64,000 nucleotides of DNA from a bacterium (lineage in GTDB: Bacteria; SAR324; XYD2-FULL-50-16), in assembly GCA_032250835.1 (NCBI GenBank), contig JAVVEA010000001.1, forward strand, positions 32,001 through 96,000. The letters run 5' to 3'. Positions 9,795-19,338 of this stretch are shown one piece after another. The position numbers and the translations under genes are program-made. Each line of letters opens with the position of its first letter. Position 1 is the stretch's first letter. Under the pieces are notes generated by a model that saw nothing but the letters and a program-made list of their open reading frames with translations, did not search any database and had not been told where the DNA came from.

Positions 9795-11495
9795 ATGCCT
9801 TACGATATTGTCATCGTTGGAGCCGGTGGCGGCGGAATGTACGCCGCCCTGGAAGCGATCCGCCGTAACCCGAAGTTGAACATTGCGATCATCTCGAAGG
9901 TTTACCCTACCCGCAGCCATACCTCGGCTGCCCAAGGCGGTGTGAACGCGGCTCTGGCGAACAAGCACAAAGACGACACCATCGACTTACACATCTTTGA
10001 CACCGTCAAGGGTAGCGACTACTTAGCCGATCAGGACTCCGCGACCTACCTCTGCGAACAGGCCCCGATCCTGATCCGCGAGCTTGAAAACCTGGGCGCG
10101 CCCTTTTCGCGTATGGACGACGGCACCATTGCCCAGCGCCCCTTTGGCGGCGCGAGCAAACACCGCTGCTGCTACTGCGCAGATAAAACCGGCCTGACGA
10201 TCTTACAGACGCTTTATGAGCAGTGCCTCCGGTACGGCATCAAGTTCTTCAACGAGTTTTTCTTGCTTTCTTTAGAGCAAGAAGATGGTCGTTGCAAAGG
10301 CGTGATTGCCTTGGAAATGAAGAACTCCAAGATCCATAAGTTCGACGCCAAGACGGTGATTTTCGCCACCGGCGGCTACGCCAAGATGTACTGGCATCGC
10401 AGTTCAAATGCCGCAGGCTTGACCGGTGACGGTGGCGCGGCCTGTTTGCGGGCGGGCATTCCGCTGAAAGATATGGAGTTTGTACAGTTCCACCCCACAG
10501 GCTTGCGTAAGTCGGGCTTGCTGGTCACCGAAGGTGCCCGTGGCGAAGGTGGTTATCTGCTCAACAAAGACGGCGAGCGCTTCATGAGCCGCTATGCCCC
10601 CGAAAAGATGGAATTGGGCCCCCGAGACTTGGTTTCTCGTAGTATTGAAACCGAAATCCGCGAAGGCCGCGGGTTTACCTCTACGGCTGGCGCATACATC
10701 AACCTAGACCTCACCCACCTGGGTGCCGACTTGATCAAAGAACGTTTGCCCCAGATCCGCGAGTTGTCCATCCAGTTTGAGGGTGTAGACCCGATCGTCG
10801 AGCCGATCCCGATCCGGCCCACGGCCCACTACTCTATGGGCGGCATCGACTGCAACACCGCATGCGAGACCGCCATCCAAGGCGTTTACGCTGTAGGCGA
10901 AGCCTCTTGTGTTTCGGTTCACGGGGCCAACCGCTTAGGCGGTAACTCGCTGCTGGAAATCTTAGTTTTTGGTAAGCGAGCGGGCCAAGAAGCGGCTGAT
11001 TTGGCAGCTAAGCTACCGACATCAGAGGTTCATAACTCTAAGTTGGAAGCTCAGGAGACACGGATCAAGAGTTTCTTCGGAAAAAGCCATGTAGAACGCT
11101 ACGATGTGATCCGTACCGAATTAGGCGACACCTTGGCCGATAACGTAGGCATCTACCGCTTTGAAGAGGCCATGAAAAAAGGCGTCGAAGAAGTGGCCAA
11201 CTTACGCGAACGCTTTAAGAAGGTTAAGGTCGCTGACCACTCCAAGGTCTTCAACACCAACCTGATGCAGGTCTTGGAATTAGGCAATATGCTCGATTTG
11301 GCCGCCTGTGTAGGGACCGGCGCTTTGGCCCGCGAGGAATCTCGCGGTTCCCATTCACGCACCGATTTCCCCACCAGGAACGACGAAAAATGGCATTGCC
11401 ATTCGATCTTCCAGATGGACGAAAAAGGTGATATTAGCCTGTCGACCAGAGAGGTCACCGGCGGCAAATACGAACTGCAGGAAAGGAAGTACTGA
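9795..11495 (+). CDS. sdhA: Succinate dehydrogenase/fumarate reductase flavoprotein subunit
   Basis: GAGGGG FAD motif, [10 protein letters not shown] (covalent-FAD His), [22 protein letters not shown]; no Tat signal. Confidence 0.95.
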   Translation: MPYDIVIVGAGGGGMYAALEAIRRNPKLNIAIISKVYPTRSHTSAAQGGVNAALANKHKDDTIDLHIFDTVKGSDYLADQDSATYLCEQAPILIRELENLGAPFSRMDDGTIAQRPFGGASKHRCCYCADKTGLTILQTLYEQCLRYGIKFFNEFFLLSLEQEDGRCKGVIALEMKNSKIHKFDAKTVIFATGGYAKMYWHRSSNAAGLTGDGGAACLRAGIPLKDMEFVQFHPTGLRKSGLLVTEGARGEGGYLLNKDGERFMSRYAPEKMELGPRDLVSRSIETEIREGRGFTSTAGAYINLDLTHLGADLIKERLPQIRELSIQFEGVDPIVEPIPIRPTAHYSMGGIDCNTACETAIQGVYAVGEASCVSVHGANRLGGNSLLEILVFGKRAGQEAADLAAKLPTSEVHNSKLEAQETRIKSFFGKSHVERYDVIRTELGDTLADNVGIYRFEEAMKKGVEEVANLRERFKKVKVADHSKVFNTNLMQVLELGNMLDLAACVGTGALAREESRGSHSRTDFPTRNDEKWHCHSIFQMDEKGDISLSTREVTGGKYELQERKY

Positions 11496-12478
11496 TGGAG
11501 GATAAAAAAGAGATTACTTTTAACGTCCTCTGCTTCAACCCAGAAGTAGACGAAAAGCCTTATTTCAAGAGCTACGACATAGAATTGGAAAAGGGTATTA
11601 CCGTCTTACGGGCGTTAAACTACATCAAAGACCATGTAGACCAGAACCTGACCCACCGCTTCTTTTGCCAGGCCGGTATCTGCGGTTCCTGCGCGGTGCG
11701 CGTTAACGGCGTTTCGAAACTCGCTTGCACCACCCAGGTTTGGGATGAATTGGAAGTGAGCAAGTCCGCCGACACCATTGTGGTCGAGCCGCTAAACAAC
11801 TTCACGATCATGCGCGATCTGGTGGTTGATATCGAACCAATGGTCGAAAAACTGGTCAAATATAAGTCTTGGGTGGTTCCGGCCACCAAAGACGCTGATT
11901 TGGGCATCAAGGAATGTGACGTAAAGCCCGAGGAGTTTGAGCCCATCAACGCGGCGACTGACTGTATCCTTTGTGCTTCTTGTTACTCCGAATGCACCAT
12001 TACGGAAGGGTCAGAACAGCAATTCATCTCTCCTTTGGTGATGCTGCGGGCCTACCGCATGAACAAAGATACCCGCGACACCATCGGGGCCGAGCGCCTG
12101 AAGGTGTTGGTCGAAGACCATGGTATCTGGGACTGCACCCACTGCTACCGTTGTGTGGAGTCTTGCGTTAAAAATATCCCGATCATGGACGCCATCCAGG
12201 GCCTACGCGAGGAAACCTTCAAGCGCGGTATGACGAACAGCGAAGGTGCCAGGCACGCCAAGGTCTTCTTGGATGACACCATCAACCTGGGCCGCGCCAA
12301 CGAGGTTACCTTACCGCTGCGCACCTTGGGCCCGATCGGTTCACTAAGCCAGATTCCTTTCGCCATCAAGATGGGCCTTAAGGGACGGGTACCGCCGATT
12401 ATCCCGCACAAAATCGCCAGCCGCAAATCCGTTAAGCGTATGCTGACGGAAGTGATGAAAGACAGCAAACAGGACTAA
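11495..12478 (+). CDS. sdhB: SDH/FRD iron-sulfur subunit, type E (extended C-terminus)
   Basis: CQAGICGSC [2Fe-2S], CILCASCYSEC and CTHCYRCVESC (second 4Fe-4S type motif). Confidence 0.92.
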   Translation: MEDKKEITFNVLCFNPEVDEKPYFKSYDIELEKGITVLRALNYIKDHVDQNLTHRFFCQAGICGSCAVRVNGVSKLACTTQVWDELEVSKSADTIVVEPLNNFTIMRDLVVDIEPMVEKLVKYKSWVVPATKDADLGIKECDVKPEEFEPINAATDCILCASCYSECTITEGSEQQFISPLVMLRAYRMNKDTRDTIGAERLKVLVEDHGIWDCTHCYRCVESCVKNIPIMDAIQGLREETFKRGMTNSEGARHAKVFLDDTINLGRANEVTLPLRTLGPIGSLSQIPFAIKMGLKGRVPPIIPHKIASRKSVKRMLTEVMKDSKQD

Positions 12479-12504
12479 GCCTTAGGCAACGTTAAGAGAA
12501 AAAC

Positions 12505-13365
12505 ATGAAATACGCTTATTACATCAGCTGTGTAAACGAGTCGATGACCAAGGAATTGGACAAGTCTTTGTTCCTTTGGAACCAAGAATTGGGCATCGAA
12601 TTGGTCAAACTAGCTGACGGAACCTGCTGCGGCGGAAGTAACACCGACTTTGTCCACCCCAACGTGAACTTGGTCAACAACGCCCGCAATATCGTCTTGG
12701 CCGAGCAGATGGGCCTAGACTTGGTAACCAGCTGCAATACCTGCCTCTTAGGGATTCTACATGTTAAGCACCAGCTAGACACGGAGCCCAAAAAGAAGGA
12801 AATGGTCAACCACTACCTTGCCAAAGAAGGCATGGAATACAAGGGCACCAGCGCCGTCAAACACCTCTTGTGGGTGCTCAATGAAGACTATGGCCTAGAT
12901 AAGATCAAAGCCAAGGTCAAGAAGCCCCTGACGGGAGTCAAGTTTGCCAGCTTCTACGGCTGCCATATCCTGCGCCCTAGTGAGTTGATGGGCAAACATG
13001 ACGATCCCTACGCCCCTCGGTCTTTAGATATGTTGATCGAGGCCCTCGGCGGCGAGACCGTCGAATATGAGAGCAACAACAAGTGCTGTGGGTTCCACAC
13101 GCTGTTGGTGGCTCCTGAAGAAAGCTTTAAGGTTGGCGGTAAAGCCGTGGCCGAAGCCGTTCAGGCCGATGCCGACTACATCGTTACCCCCTGCCCGTTA
13201 TGTCATATGTCCTTGGATAGCTACCAAGACAAAGGCATGGCTAGCCAAGGCAAAAGTGGCTCTATGCCGATCCTTCACCTATCCCAAGCGGTCGGTTTGG
13301 CCCTAGGTTATAGCGAAAAGGAACTGGGGATCGACAAACATGTGGTCACCGCCCGCATTGCCTAA
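12505..13365 (+). CDS. CCG-domain (HdrB-like) anchor subunit of type E SDH/methylmenaquinol:fumarate reductase (MfrE-like)
   Basis: Two CCG domains: C..CCG..CNTC and GCH..CCG..CPLC. Confidence 0.88.
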   Translation: MKYAYYISCVNESMTKELDKSLFLWNQELGIELVKLADGTCCGGSNTDFVHPNVNLVNNARNIVLAEQMGLDLVTSCNTCLLGILHVKHQLDTEPKKKEMVNHYLAKEGMEYKGTSAVKHLLWVLNEDYGLDKIKAKVKKPLTGVKFASFYGCHILRPSELMGKHDDPYAPRSLDMLIEALGGETVEYESNNKCCGFHTLLVAPEESFKVGGKAVAEAVQADADYIVTPCPLCHMSLDSYQDKGMASQGKSGSMPILHLSQAVGLALGYSEKELGIDKHVVTARIA

Positions 13366-13392
13366 CTTTAGTTACTCCACGTAATCAGCATC

Positions 13393-13417
13393 AAACCCCA
13401 CGCAAGTGGGGTTTTTT
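13393..13417 (+). terminator. Intrinsic terminator of the sdh operon
   Basis: AAACCCCAC-gcaa-GTGGGGTTTTTT. Confidence 0.85.
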
Positions 13418-13495
13418 GTTTGGGCCCTTTGCTTTGGGAATGGGCTTTGCTAGTATAAGGGTTCAAGGATAGAATCTATTATTTCCGGGGGAGAT

Positions 13496-13780
13496 ATGAT
13501 CAAAACCACCCATAAGCTTTGGCTGGTCACATTGGGGCTGGTGTTTAGCGTTTTCTTGATTGGCGTACCGACTCAGAGCGCTTTGGCGCTGATTGGTGAA
13601 CGACCGCCAGCACCATCCGATAAATCGGTTCCTTACCGCAAAGCCTTTAAGTGTTACGGTAAATGGGTTAAAAGCAAGCGACAGGTTATGAGTCGCGATG
13701 GATACTCGGTTCCTCACGTAGGATATAAGTGTGTGGACGATCCTTCGATCCGCAAGAAGATGGTCGAATCCGGCCAGTAA
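13496..13780 (+). CDS. Small exported hypothetical protein with two Cys
   Basis: GGAGA RBS, Sec-like signal ending ALA, basic mature part. Confidence 0.65.
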   Translation: MIKTTHKLWLVTLGLVFSVFLIGVPTQSALALIGERPPAPSDKSVPYRKAFKCYGKWVKSKRQVMSRDGYSVPHVGYKCVDDPSIRKKMVESGQ

Positions 13781-14093
13781 GGCACCGGTGGCAAAAGCGC
13801 ACTGGGCGCTTTTGCCCATCTCCACTTATCGGACTGAGCCTTTTTCTTCTATGCCTACGCGGGCCCCTAGGCCCGCGAACCCCTAGCTGCGTCTTCGGCC
13901 ATTTGGGGGTAACTTGACGGCGCCCGCTAGGCTGAACTTCCCTAAACTTTGCACCGCCCCGAACCGCATTGCCGGTATGGGGGTAAAAGTGTTCCTAGCT
14001 CTAGCGCCTAGTCAGGGGTAATTCTTGCCCTAAAGCTTCCGCCCCAGCCTTTTCTATGTCTGTCTCGGTCTTACCGGCCGGTTTGAGATAGGT

Positions 14094-15491
14094 TCAGTAT
14101 TCAAAACTATCGCCTGGGGCCGGATAACTGACGTTCATAAAGCCCTTAGAGCGGAAGGCGTCGATTAAGCTGTTGGCTTGTTCGGGCTCTCCATGGACTA
14201 AGAAGATTTGTTTGAGCTTTTCGGGCTTTGAATACTGTACATAGTCTAAAATATTCCGCCGATCTCCATGGGCACTAAAGTGGTCTAATTGTGCCACCTT
14301 AGCTTTAACCTCATATTCCTCGCCAAAGATCTTCACCTTCTTTTCGCCGTCCATGATTTTGCGGGCCAACGTATGTTGGGCTGAATAGCCAACAAACAAA
14401 ATCAGGTTGCGGGGGTTGGTGATGTTGTTTTTTAGGTGGTGCATGATCCTCCCGCCTTCGGCCATACCCGACGCACTGATGATGATCGCTGGATAGGGGA
14501 GCGAGTTGAGGGATTTGGACTGCTCTACGTCTTCTACATAAGTTAGGCTTTGAAATCCTAAGGGGTCGCGTTGTCCCTGTAAAAAGATGCGGTCAGTGGC
14601 CCGGTCCAGGTATTCTGGGTAGTGCCTAAAAACCTCGGTGGCCTTGATCGCCATGGGGCTATCCACGTAGATGGCAATGTCGTGGATGCGGTTTTGATCA
14701 AAAAGACGGTGCAGGTGGTAGACAATCTGCTGGGTCCGACCAACAGCAAAGGCGGGGATGATGATTTTTCCACCGGCGCTGGCCGTTTCGTTGATTAATT
14801 GGGCCAACATTTCCTCGGCATCTGCTTCATCGGGGTGCAGTCGGTTGCCGTAGGTTGTTTCGGTGATCAAAAAGTCTAAATCCCTGATGGGGTCTGGGTT
14901 GCGGATCAGCGCCATGTCTTCGCGGCCTAAATCACCGGTAAAGCCAAGGCGGAATTGGCGCCCCTCTTCATGAATATCCAACAAAATACCGGCAGAGCCT
15001 AAAATATGTCCGGCATCGCGGAAGGTCACGTTGACGCCGGGGCCTAACGGTAACTCCTCATTATATTCTATCTTTTCAAAGTGCTCTAAACAATTTTCAA
15101 CGTCTTTACTGTCGTAAATAGGGGTGACCGGGGGCTGGTGGCTCTTTTGGCGGATTTTATTTACAAACCGAACGTCCATTTCCTGGATAAAAGCCGAATC
15201 CTTTAACATGATCTTACAGAGATCAACGGTCGGTCCGGTGGCCAGAATTTTGCCCTTAAAGCCTTTTTTGACCAGGTTCGGGATGTTGCCACTGTGGTCG
15301 ATGTGGGCGTGGCTGAGCAGGAGCCAATCCACTTCGGCGGGATCAAAGGGGAAGTTCTGGTTTTTTTCGTACATGTCTGAACGGCGGCCCTGGAAGAGGC
15401 CGCATTCCAGTAGAATCTTCAATTCGCCCACGGTGATTAGGTGCATTGACCCTGTGACCGTTTGGGCTCCGCCGAAAAATTGGATTAACAT
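14094..15491 (-). CDS. Metallo-beta-lactamase/beta-CASP ribonuclease (YSH1/TTHA0252-like)
   Basis: SHAHIDHSG, AGHILGS, ETTYG, AFAVGRTQ, SASGM, FSAHGD. Start moved to the ATG at 15491 (RBS GAGGGA). Confidence 0.92.
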   Translation of the reverse strand: MLIQFFGGAQTVTGSMHLITVGELKILLECGLFQGRRSDMYEKNQNFPFDPAEVDWLLLSHAHIDHSGNIPNLVKKGFKGKILATGPTVDLCKIMLKDSAFIQEMDVRFVNKIRQKSHQPPVTPIYDSKDVENCLEHFEKIEYNEELPLGPGVNVTFRDAGHILGSAGILLDIHEEGRQFRLGFTGDLGREDMALIRNPDPIRDLDFLITETTYGNRLHPDEADAEEMLAQLINETASAGGKIIIPAFAVGRTQQIVYHLHRLFDQNRIHDIAIYVDSPMAIKATEVFRHYPEYLDRATDRIFLQGQRDPLGFQSLTYVEDVEQSKSLNSLPYPAIIISASGMAEGGRIMHHLKNNITNPRNLILFVGYSAQHTLARKIMDGEKKVKIFGEEYEVKAKVAQLDHFSAHGDRRNILDYVQYSKPEKLKQIFLVHGEPEQANSLIDAFRSKGFMNVSYPAPGDSFEY

Positions 15492-15611
15492 GGATTCCCT
15501 CAAATAGGTTTGCAGCAGGTTAACGGACCTACTAACAAAATGCCAGTCCTTTGATCTTCGGCCTTTAGGGCCGAAAAATCTTTTCAATTAGGTACAGTTG
15601 GTTTATTCTGA

Positions 15612-15962
15612 ATGCACCGAATATTAAGGCATAAAATGCTCAAATGGTCAGGTTGGATTTTATTGTTCTGTTGTCTGGGTGCTAGTGCCCAAGCCCAAGA
15701 GGGCCGTAACCTCTATTTTGAGTCCGGTTGCGATAGCTGCCACGGGCCGATGGGTATGGCCCTGGGGACGCCTACTTTGGCGGGACGGGAAGTGGAAGAT
15801 TTGCTTTCTAAGAGCCTGATGATCCAACACAACCAAAACCCTACGGGCGCATCCCTAATGATGCGCGAAAACCCGGCGATGGCTAAACTAGACGCAGTTC
15901 AACTGAGGGAGATTGCAGTCTGGCTATCCCAATTAGACCCCAACAATCCAGCTGAGGAATGA
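15612..15962 (+). CDS. Monoheme class I cytochrome c (c553/c4-like)
   Basis: Signal peptide (AQA), CDSCH, PTLAG, Met ligand candidates. Confidence 0.8.
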   Translation: MHRILRHKMLKWSGWILLFCCLGASAQAQEGRNLYFESGCDSCHGPMGMALGTPTLAGREVEDLLSKSLMIQHNQNPTGASLMMRENPAMAKLDAVQLREIAVWLSQLDPNNPAEE

Positions 15963-15963
15963 C

Positions 15964-16890
15964 ATGAGGCTACTTACTCGATCGGACTTTGACGGCTTGG
16001 TGTGCGCTGCCCTGCTGTACGAAGCGGAAGTGATTACGGACATCAAATTTGTACACCCCAAAGACGTGCAAGATGGCAAGATTGAGGTTGGTCCAGATGA
16101 TGTGCTGGCGAACGTGCCCTATGCACCGGGCGTGGGCCTTTGGTTTGACCACCATGCTTCCGAAGACGACCGCCTCAACCTCAAAGACGGAATGAAGTAC
16201 GAAGGCCAATCGACCAAAGCGCCGTCTTGTGCCCGGGTGATTTTTGACTACTACGGCGGGGCCGAGAAATTTAAAGGGATGGTGGCTAACGGATTGATGG
16301 AAGCGGTGGACAAGTGTGACTCGGGCCAATTTGACCGCTCCGACATTTTAGACCCCAAGGGCTGGGTTTTGCTCTCCTTCATTATGGACCCTCGCACCGG
16401 TTTGGGCCGCTACAAAGACTACCGCATCTCCAATTATCAGTTGATGGAGAAACTAGCCCACAAATGCCGCCAGGAATCAGTAGAAGCCATTTTAGGCGAC
16501 GCCGATGTAAAGGAACGCATTGACCGCTATTTTGAGCAGGAAGCCGAATATGAAGGCATGCTCAAACAATACACCCAAACCGATAAAAACGTTTTGGTGA
16601 TCGACCTGCACGACTGCTCTGAAATCGTCACCGGCAACCGGTTTAAGGAATATGTGGTCTACCCGAACCAAAACATCAGCATCCGCATCATCTGGGGCTT
16701 CCAGAAGCAAAATATGGTGATGACCGTGGGCCATTCGGTATTTAACCGGACCAGCAAGACCGATGTGGGCAAGTTGATGTTAAAGTACGGCGGCGGCGGC
16801 CACCCCTATGTGGGCACTTGTCAAGTCCCCACTGAAGACTGGGAAAGGATCCGCGACGAGATCATCACCCAGCTGAAAGCCGACGGTTAG
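15964..16890 (+). CDS. DHH/DHHA1 phosphoesterase ('exopolyphosphatase-like', NrnA-like)
   Basis: RLLTRSDFDG, WFDHH, YGGGGH. Confidence 0.85.
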   Translation: MRLLTRSDFDGLVCAALLYEAEVITDIKFVHPKDVQDGKIEVGPDDVLANVPYAPGVGLWFDHHASEDDRLNLKDGMKYEGQSTKAPSCARVIFDYYGGAEKFKGMVANGLMEAVDKCDSGQFDRSDILDPKGWVLLSFIMDPRTGLGRYKDYRISNYQLMEKLAHKCRQESVEAILGDADVKERIDRYFEQEAEYEGMLKQYTQTDKNVLVIDLHDCSEIVTGNRFKEYVVYPNQNISIRIIWGFQKQNMVMTVGHSVFNRTSKTDVGKLMLKYGGGGHPYVGTCQVPTEDWERIRDEIITQLKADG

Positions 16891-16919
16891 TCGGTTAACC
16901 CTTCAATCCTCAGTATTCT

Positions 16920-17372
16920 ATGGAAACAACACCCAATGCCTCGCGCCGCGCCCTTTTGGGTGCTGGTGCTGCCGTCCTCGGGGTGGCCGCTTTGAGCGGG
17001 CCTCTGTCCGCTCAAATGGACCATTCCCAGCACGGCCCGAAAGGTGCCTATGCTCAATTGATTCAGGCAACCAATCACTGCCGGTTGACCGCTTTAGCTT
17101 GCGAAAAACACTGTATTTCGGCCCTTAAAACGGGCGATACGGAACTGGTAGATTGTTTAGCCAGCGTAACGGAGATGTTGCCGGTAATTGAGGCCACCAA
17201 TCGTTATGCAATCCTTGATGCCACCCGGCTGAAGGAGTTGGCCGCAGTTTGCGCCCAAGTCTGTGCCGACTGCGCCAAGACCTGCAAAAAGCATATCAAG
17301 GAGCATAAGGAGTGCAAAGACTGTTACGACTCCTGTCTAGAATGCGAAAAAGCCTGCAAAGCCGTCGCTTAG
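16920..17372 (+). CDS. Tat-exported four-helix-bundle copper storage protein (Csp1/DUF326-like)
   Basis: SRRALL twin-arginine signal; 13 Cys in CxxxC/CxxC helical arrays. Confidence 0.85.
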   Translation: METTPNASRRALLGAGAAVLGVAALSGPLSAQMDHSQHGPKGAYAQLIQATNHCRLTALACEKHCISALKTGDTELVDCLASVTEMLPVIEATNRYAILDATRLKELAAVCAQVCADCAKTCKKHIKEHKECKDCYDSCLECEKACKAVA

Positions 17373-17398
17373 TCGGCTAGGCTTTTTGCGGGGGAATC

Positions 17399-17421
17399 AG
17401 GGGCCGAAAGGCCCCTTTTTT
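17399..17421 (+). terminator. Intrinsic terminator
   Basis: AGGGGCC-gaaa-GGCCCCT followed by a T run. Confidence 0.85.
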
Positions 17422-17878
17422 ATGGCCCTGGTAGGGCCCCGCCCCAGCGTTCGCCGTGGCAAAGGTAACAAGAGGGGCCCAGGTCTCCTTTTAGATCGAG
17501 GCCATGGCAGCCGGATAGGGCGCAGCTGGACTCTGGGCTATGCAGCCCTGCCGCGTGGAAATAGCCGCCGTACAGTAGATTATGCCCCGGTGCATAGCTG
17601 CGGTGGTCTTGATAATTATCGCTCCACTTGACTCCGTGGCAGCTATAACAAGAGGGCCCGTTACCGCCGGTTAAGTCGCTGCCATGGCAGCTCGAAGAAC
17701 TACAATAGCTATTGGGGTGTTTATAGTCTTCGCCGTGGTACACCCCGTCTTTATTTTTGCTGTGGTAGCTATCGTATCCCTGCCCGCTGTCTTCTTCGGT
17801 TTCCTTGGACTCATCCCCCGTAGGGTCTAAGTCAGACGCTTTGCAGCCTATAAGGCTCAAGGAGAGCAGCAGAACCAA
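17420..17878 (-). CDS. Tetraheme c lipoprotein (2 CX4CH + 2 CXXCH); start uncertain because of a T9 tract
   Basis: Lipobox LIGC; CSSSSCH, CYSCH, CALSGCH, CYLCH; paralog of 23150-23878. Confidence 0.8.
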   Translation of the reverse strand: MVLLLSLSLIGCKASDLDPTGDESKETEEDSGQGYDSYHSKNKDGVYHGEDYKHPNSYCSSSSCHGSDLTGGNGPSCYSCHGVKWSDNYQDHRSYAPGHNLLYGGYFHAAGLHSPESSCALSGCHGLDLKGDLGPSCYLCHGERWGGALPGP

Positions 17879-18017
17879 AAAAAAATTGGCTGATTCTTCA
17901 ATTTAACAAAAACTACAACGGGGTTTGCTTGGTGGATGGGCGTTGCCCTTAGACCCCAATAATCTAGCTAAACCTGCCCGCAAAGAAAAGGGAAAAAACC
18001 ACCGAAGCTTGTGAGTT

Positions 18018-18551
18018 CTATGCTTTAAGGGGCTTCTTCGAAAAGAGGGGCCAAAGAATCAAGAAGCTCGCTATCCCCACCCCCAATACGCTCATAGTCG
18101 CCGAAGGCGTGGCTAGCCAGGATAGGTTGGCCTTTGCTGCGCCAGTGCTGCCTAAAGAGGGAGCCAAACGCCCAGCGAGCATCCAACAGAGCGGATAAAA
18201 CAGGGCGCCAAAACCCAATAAAAAGGCCGTTAGGCTGCGGAGTTTTCGCTCAACCGGTACCAGCGCCAAGCCCAGAATCAAGACCAAGGCGGTGGTGCCC
18301 ATACCGGTGGCGTGGAAGTGGGCGCGTTTGATGTAGGTCCATGATTTGCCCAATATCTTGTCCATTTTGCTCTGGTCGCTATGGTAGACCTGTTCAAAGA
18401 CCGCCTGTGCATCGTCTCGGAGGCCTGCTTTGATGTCGTCTTCAAAGACTCCGAAGTAGATCCCAAGGCTAAAACCGTAGATCAGCGACAGCAAGGCCAG
18501 CATTGTACCAATGCGCATCTCACGTAAACCAGACAATAATACAGCCGACAT
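18018..18551 (-). CDS. Four-TM membrane protein with RAHFH motif
   Basis: Four hydrophobic segments, HxH motif, AAGGAG RBS. Confidence 0.75.
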   Translation of the reverse strand: MSAVLLSGLREMRIGTMLALLSLIYGFSLGIYFGVFEDDIKAGLRDDAQAVFEQVYHSDQSKMDKILGKSWTYIKRAHFHATGMGTTALVLILGLALVPVERKLRSLTAFLLGFGALFYPLCWMLAGRLAPSLGSTGAAKANLSWLATPSATMSVLGVGIASFLILWPLFSKKPLKA

Positions 18552-18666
18552 ACGACTCCTTTAGGTGAGGTCGGTTAATCCAAGTGTCCTAATGCAACCT
18601 AGGGGCTTAAAGCTAGCTCCCCGTTAAATTAAGGTAAAATTTTTGAAATAGGGTAATGTATCGGGA

Positions 18667-19338
18667 TTAGACCTTGTATTCGAGCATGTACCCAACGCCA
18701 CGGATGGTGTGGATGTATTCTTTGGGGGTTAATTCCTCTAGTTTCTTGCGGATGGATTTGATGTGAACATCCACCACATTGGTCGTCGGGTCGAAATCAT
18801 AGCCCCAAACGTTTTCCAGGATTTGGGTCCGGCTAACGACACATTCTTGGTTGCGTACCAAGTACTCTAAGATCGCATACTCTTTGGGGCGTAAAACCAG
18901 TTCTTTACCGGAGACATAAACCCGGTGGCTCTGGGTGTTAACTTCCAAACCGCCTACCTCCAGCTTGATCATCTCGGTTTGTTTGCGGCGCAGCAGGGCC
19001 CGGACCCGGGCAAGAAACTCTTCGAAGCTAAAGGGCTTGGTCATGTAGTCATCAGCGCCCATGTCCAGGCCTTTGACCTTGTCCGCCACGGTGATTTTGG
19101 CGGTCAACATCAAGACCGGAGTTTGTAACCCCCCTTCACGCAGGGCTTTGCAGACTTTAAATCCTTCCATTTTGGGCAGCATCACATCCATCACGATCAC
19201 ATCGTACTGCCCCGTTAAGCCATGTTCTAAGCCTGCTTCGCCGTCGGTGACGAGGTCAACCGTGTAGCGCTCTTCTTCTAGGCCTTTTTTAATGAAGTTG
19301 GCCACGCCTTGTTCGTCTTCGATCAATAAAATCCTCAT
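18667..19338 (-). CDS. OmpR-family response regulator (CusR/CzcR-like)
   Basis: IEDE, MDVMLP, GADDYMTKPF, VWGYDFD..TNVVDVHI, TIRGVGY; ATGA overlap with the upstream gene. Confidence 0.95.
   Translation of the reverse strand: MRILLIEDEQGVANFIKKGLEEERYTVDLVTDGEAGLEHGLTGQYDVIVMDVMLPKMEGFKVCKALREGGLQTPVLMLTAKITVADKVKGLDMGADDYMTKPFSFEEFLARVRALLRRKQTEMIKLEVGGLEVNTQSHRVYVSGKELVLRPKEYAILEYLVRNQECVVSRTQILENVWGYDFDPTTNVVDVHIKSIRKKLEELTPKEYIHTIRGVGYMLEYKV

Noticed and set aside
12505-13365. Heterodisulfide reductase HdrB system
   Set aside because: No hdrA/C; the gene follows sdhAB, consistent with a type E SDH anchor.
13879-14019. 6S RNA or c-di-GMP-I riboswitch
   Set aside because: Terminal pairing is possible but I could not find the conserved cores; kept only as an unassigned sRNA candidate.
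18552-18666. Third copy of the island repeat box
   Set aside because: Only weak AT-rich half-sites (TTAAAG, TTAAGG); the 11-bp triple pattern is not met.
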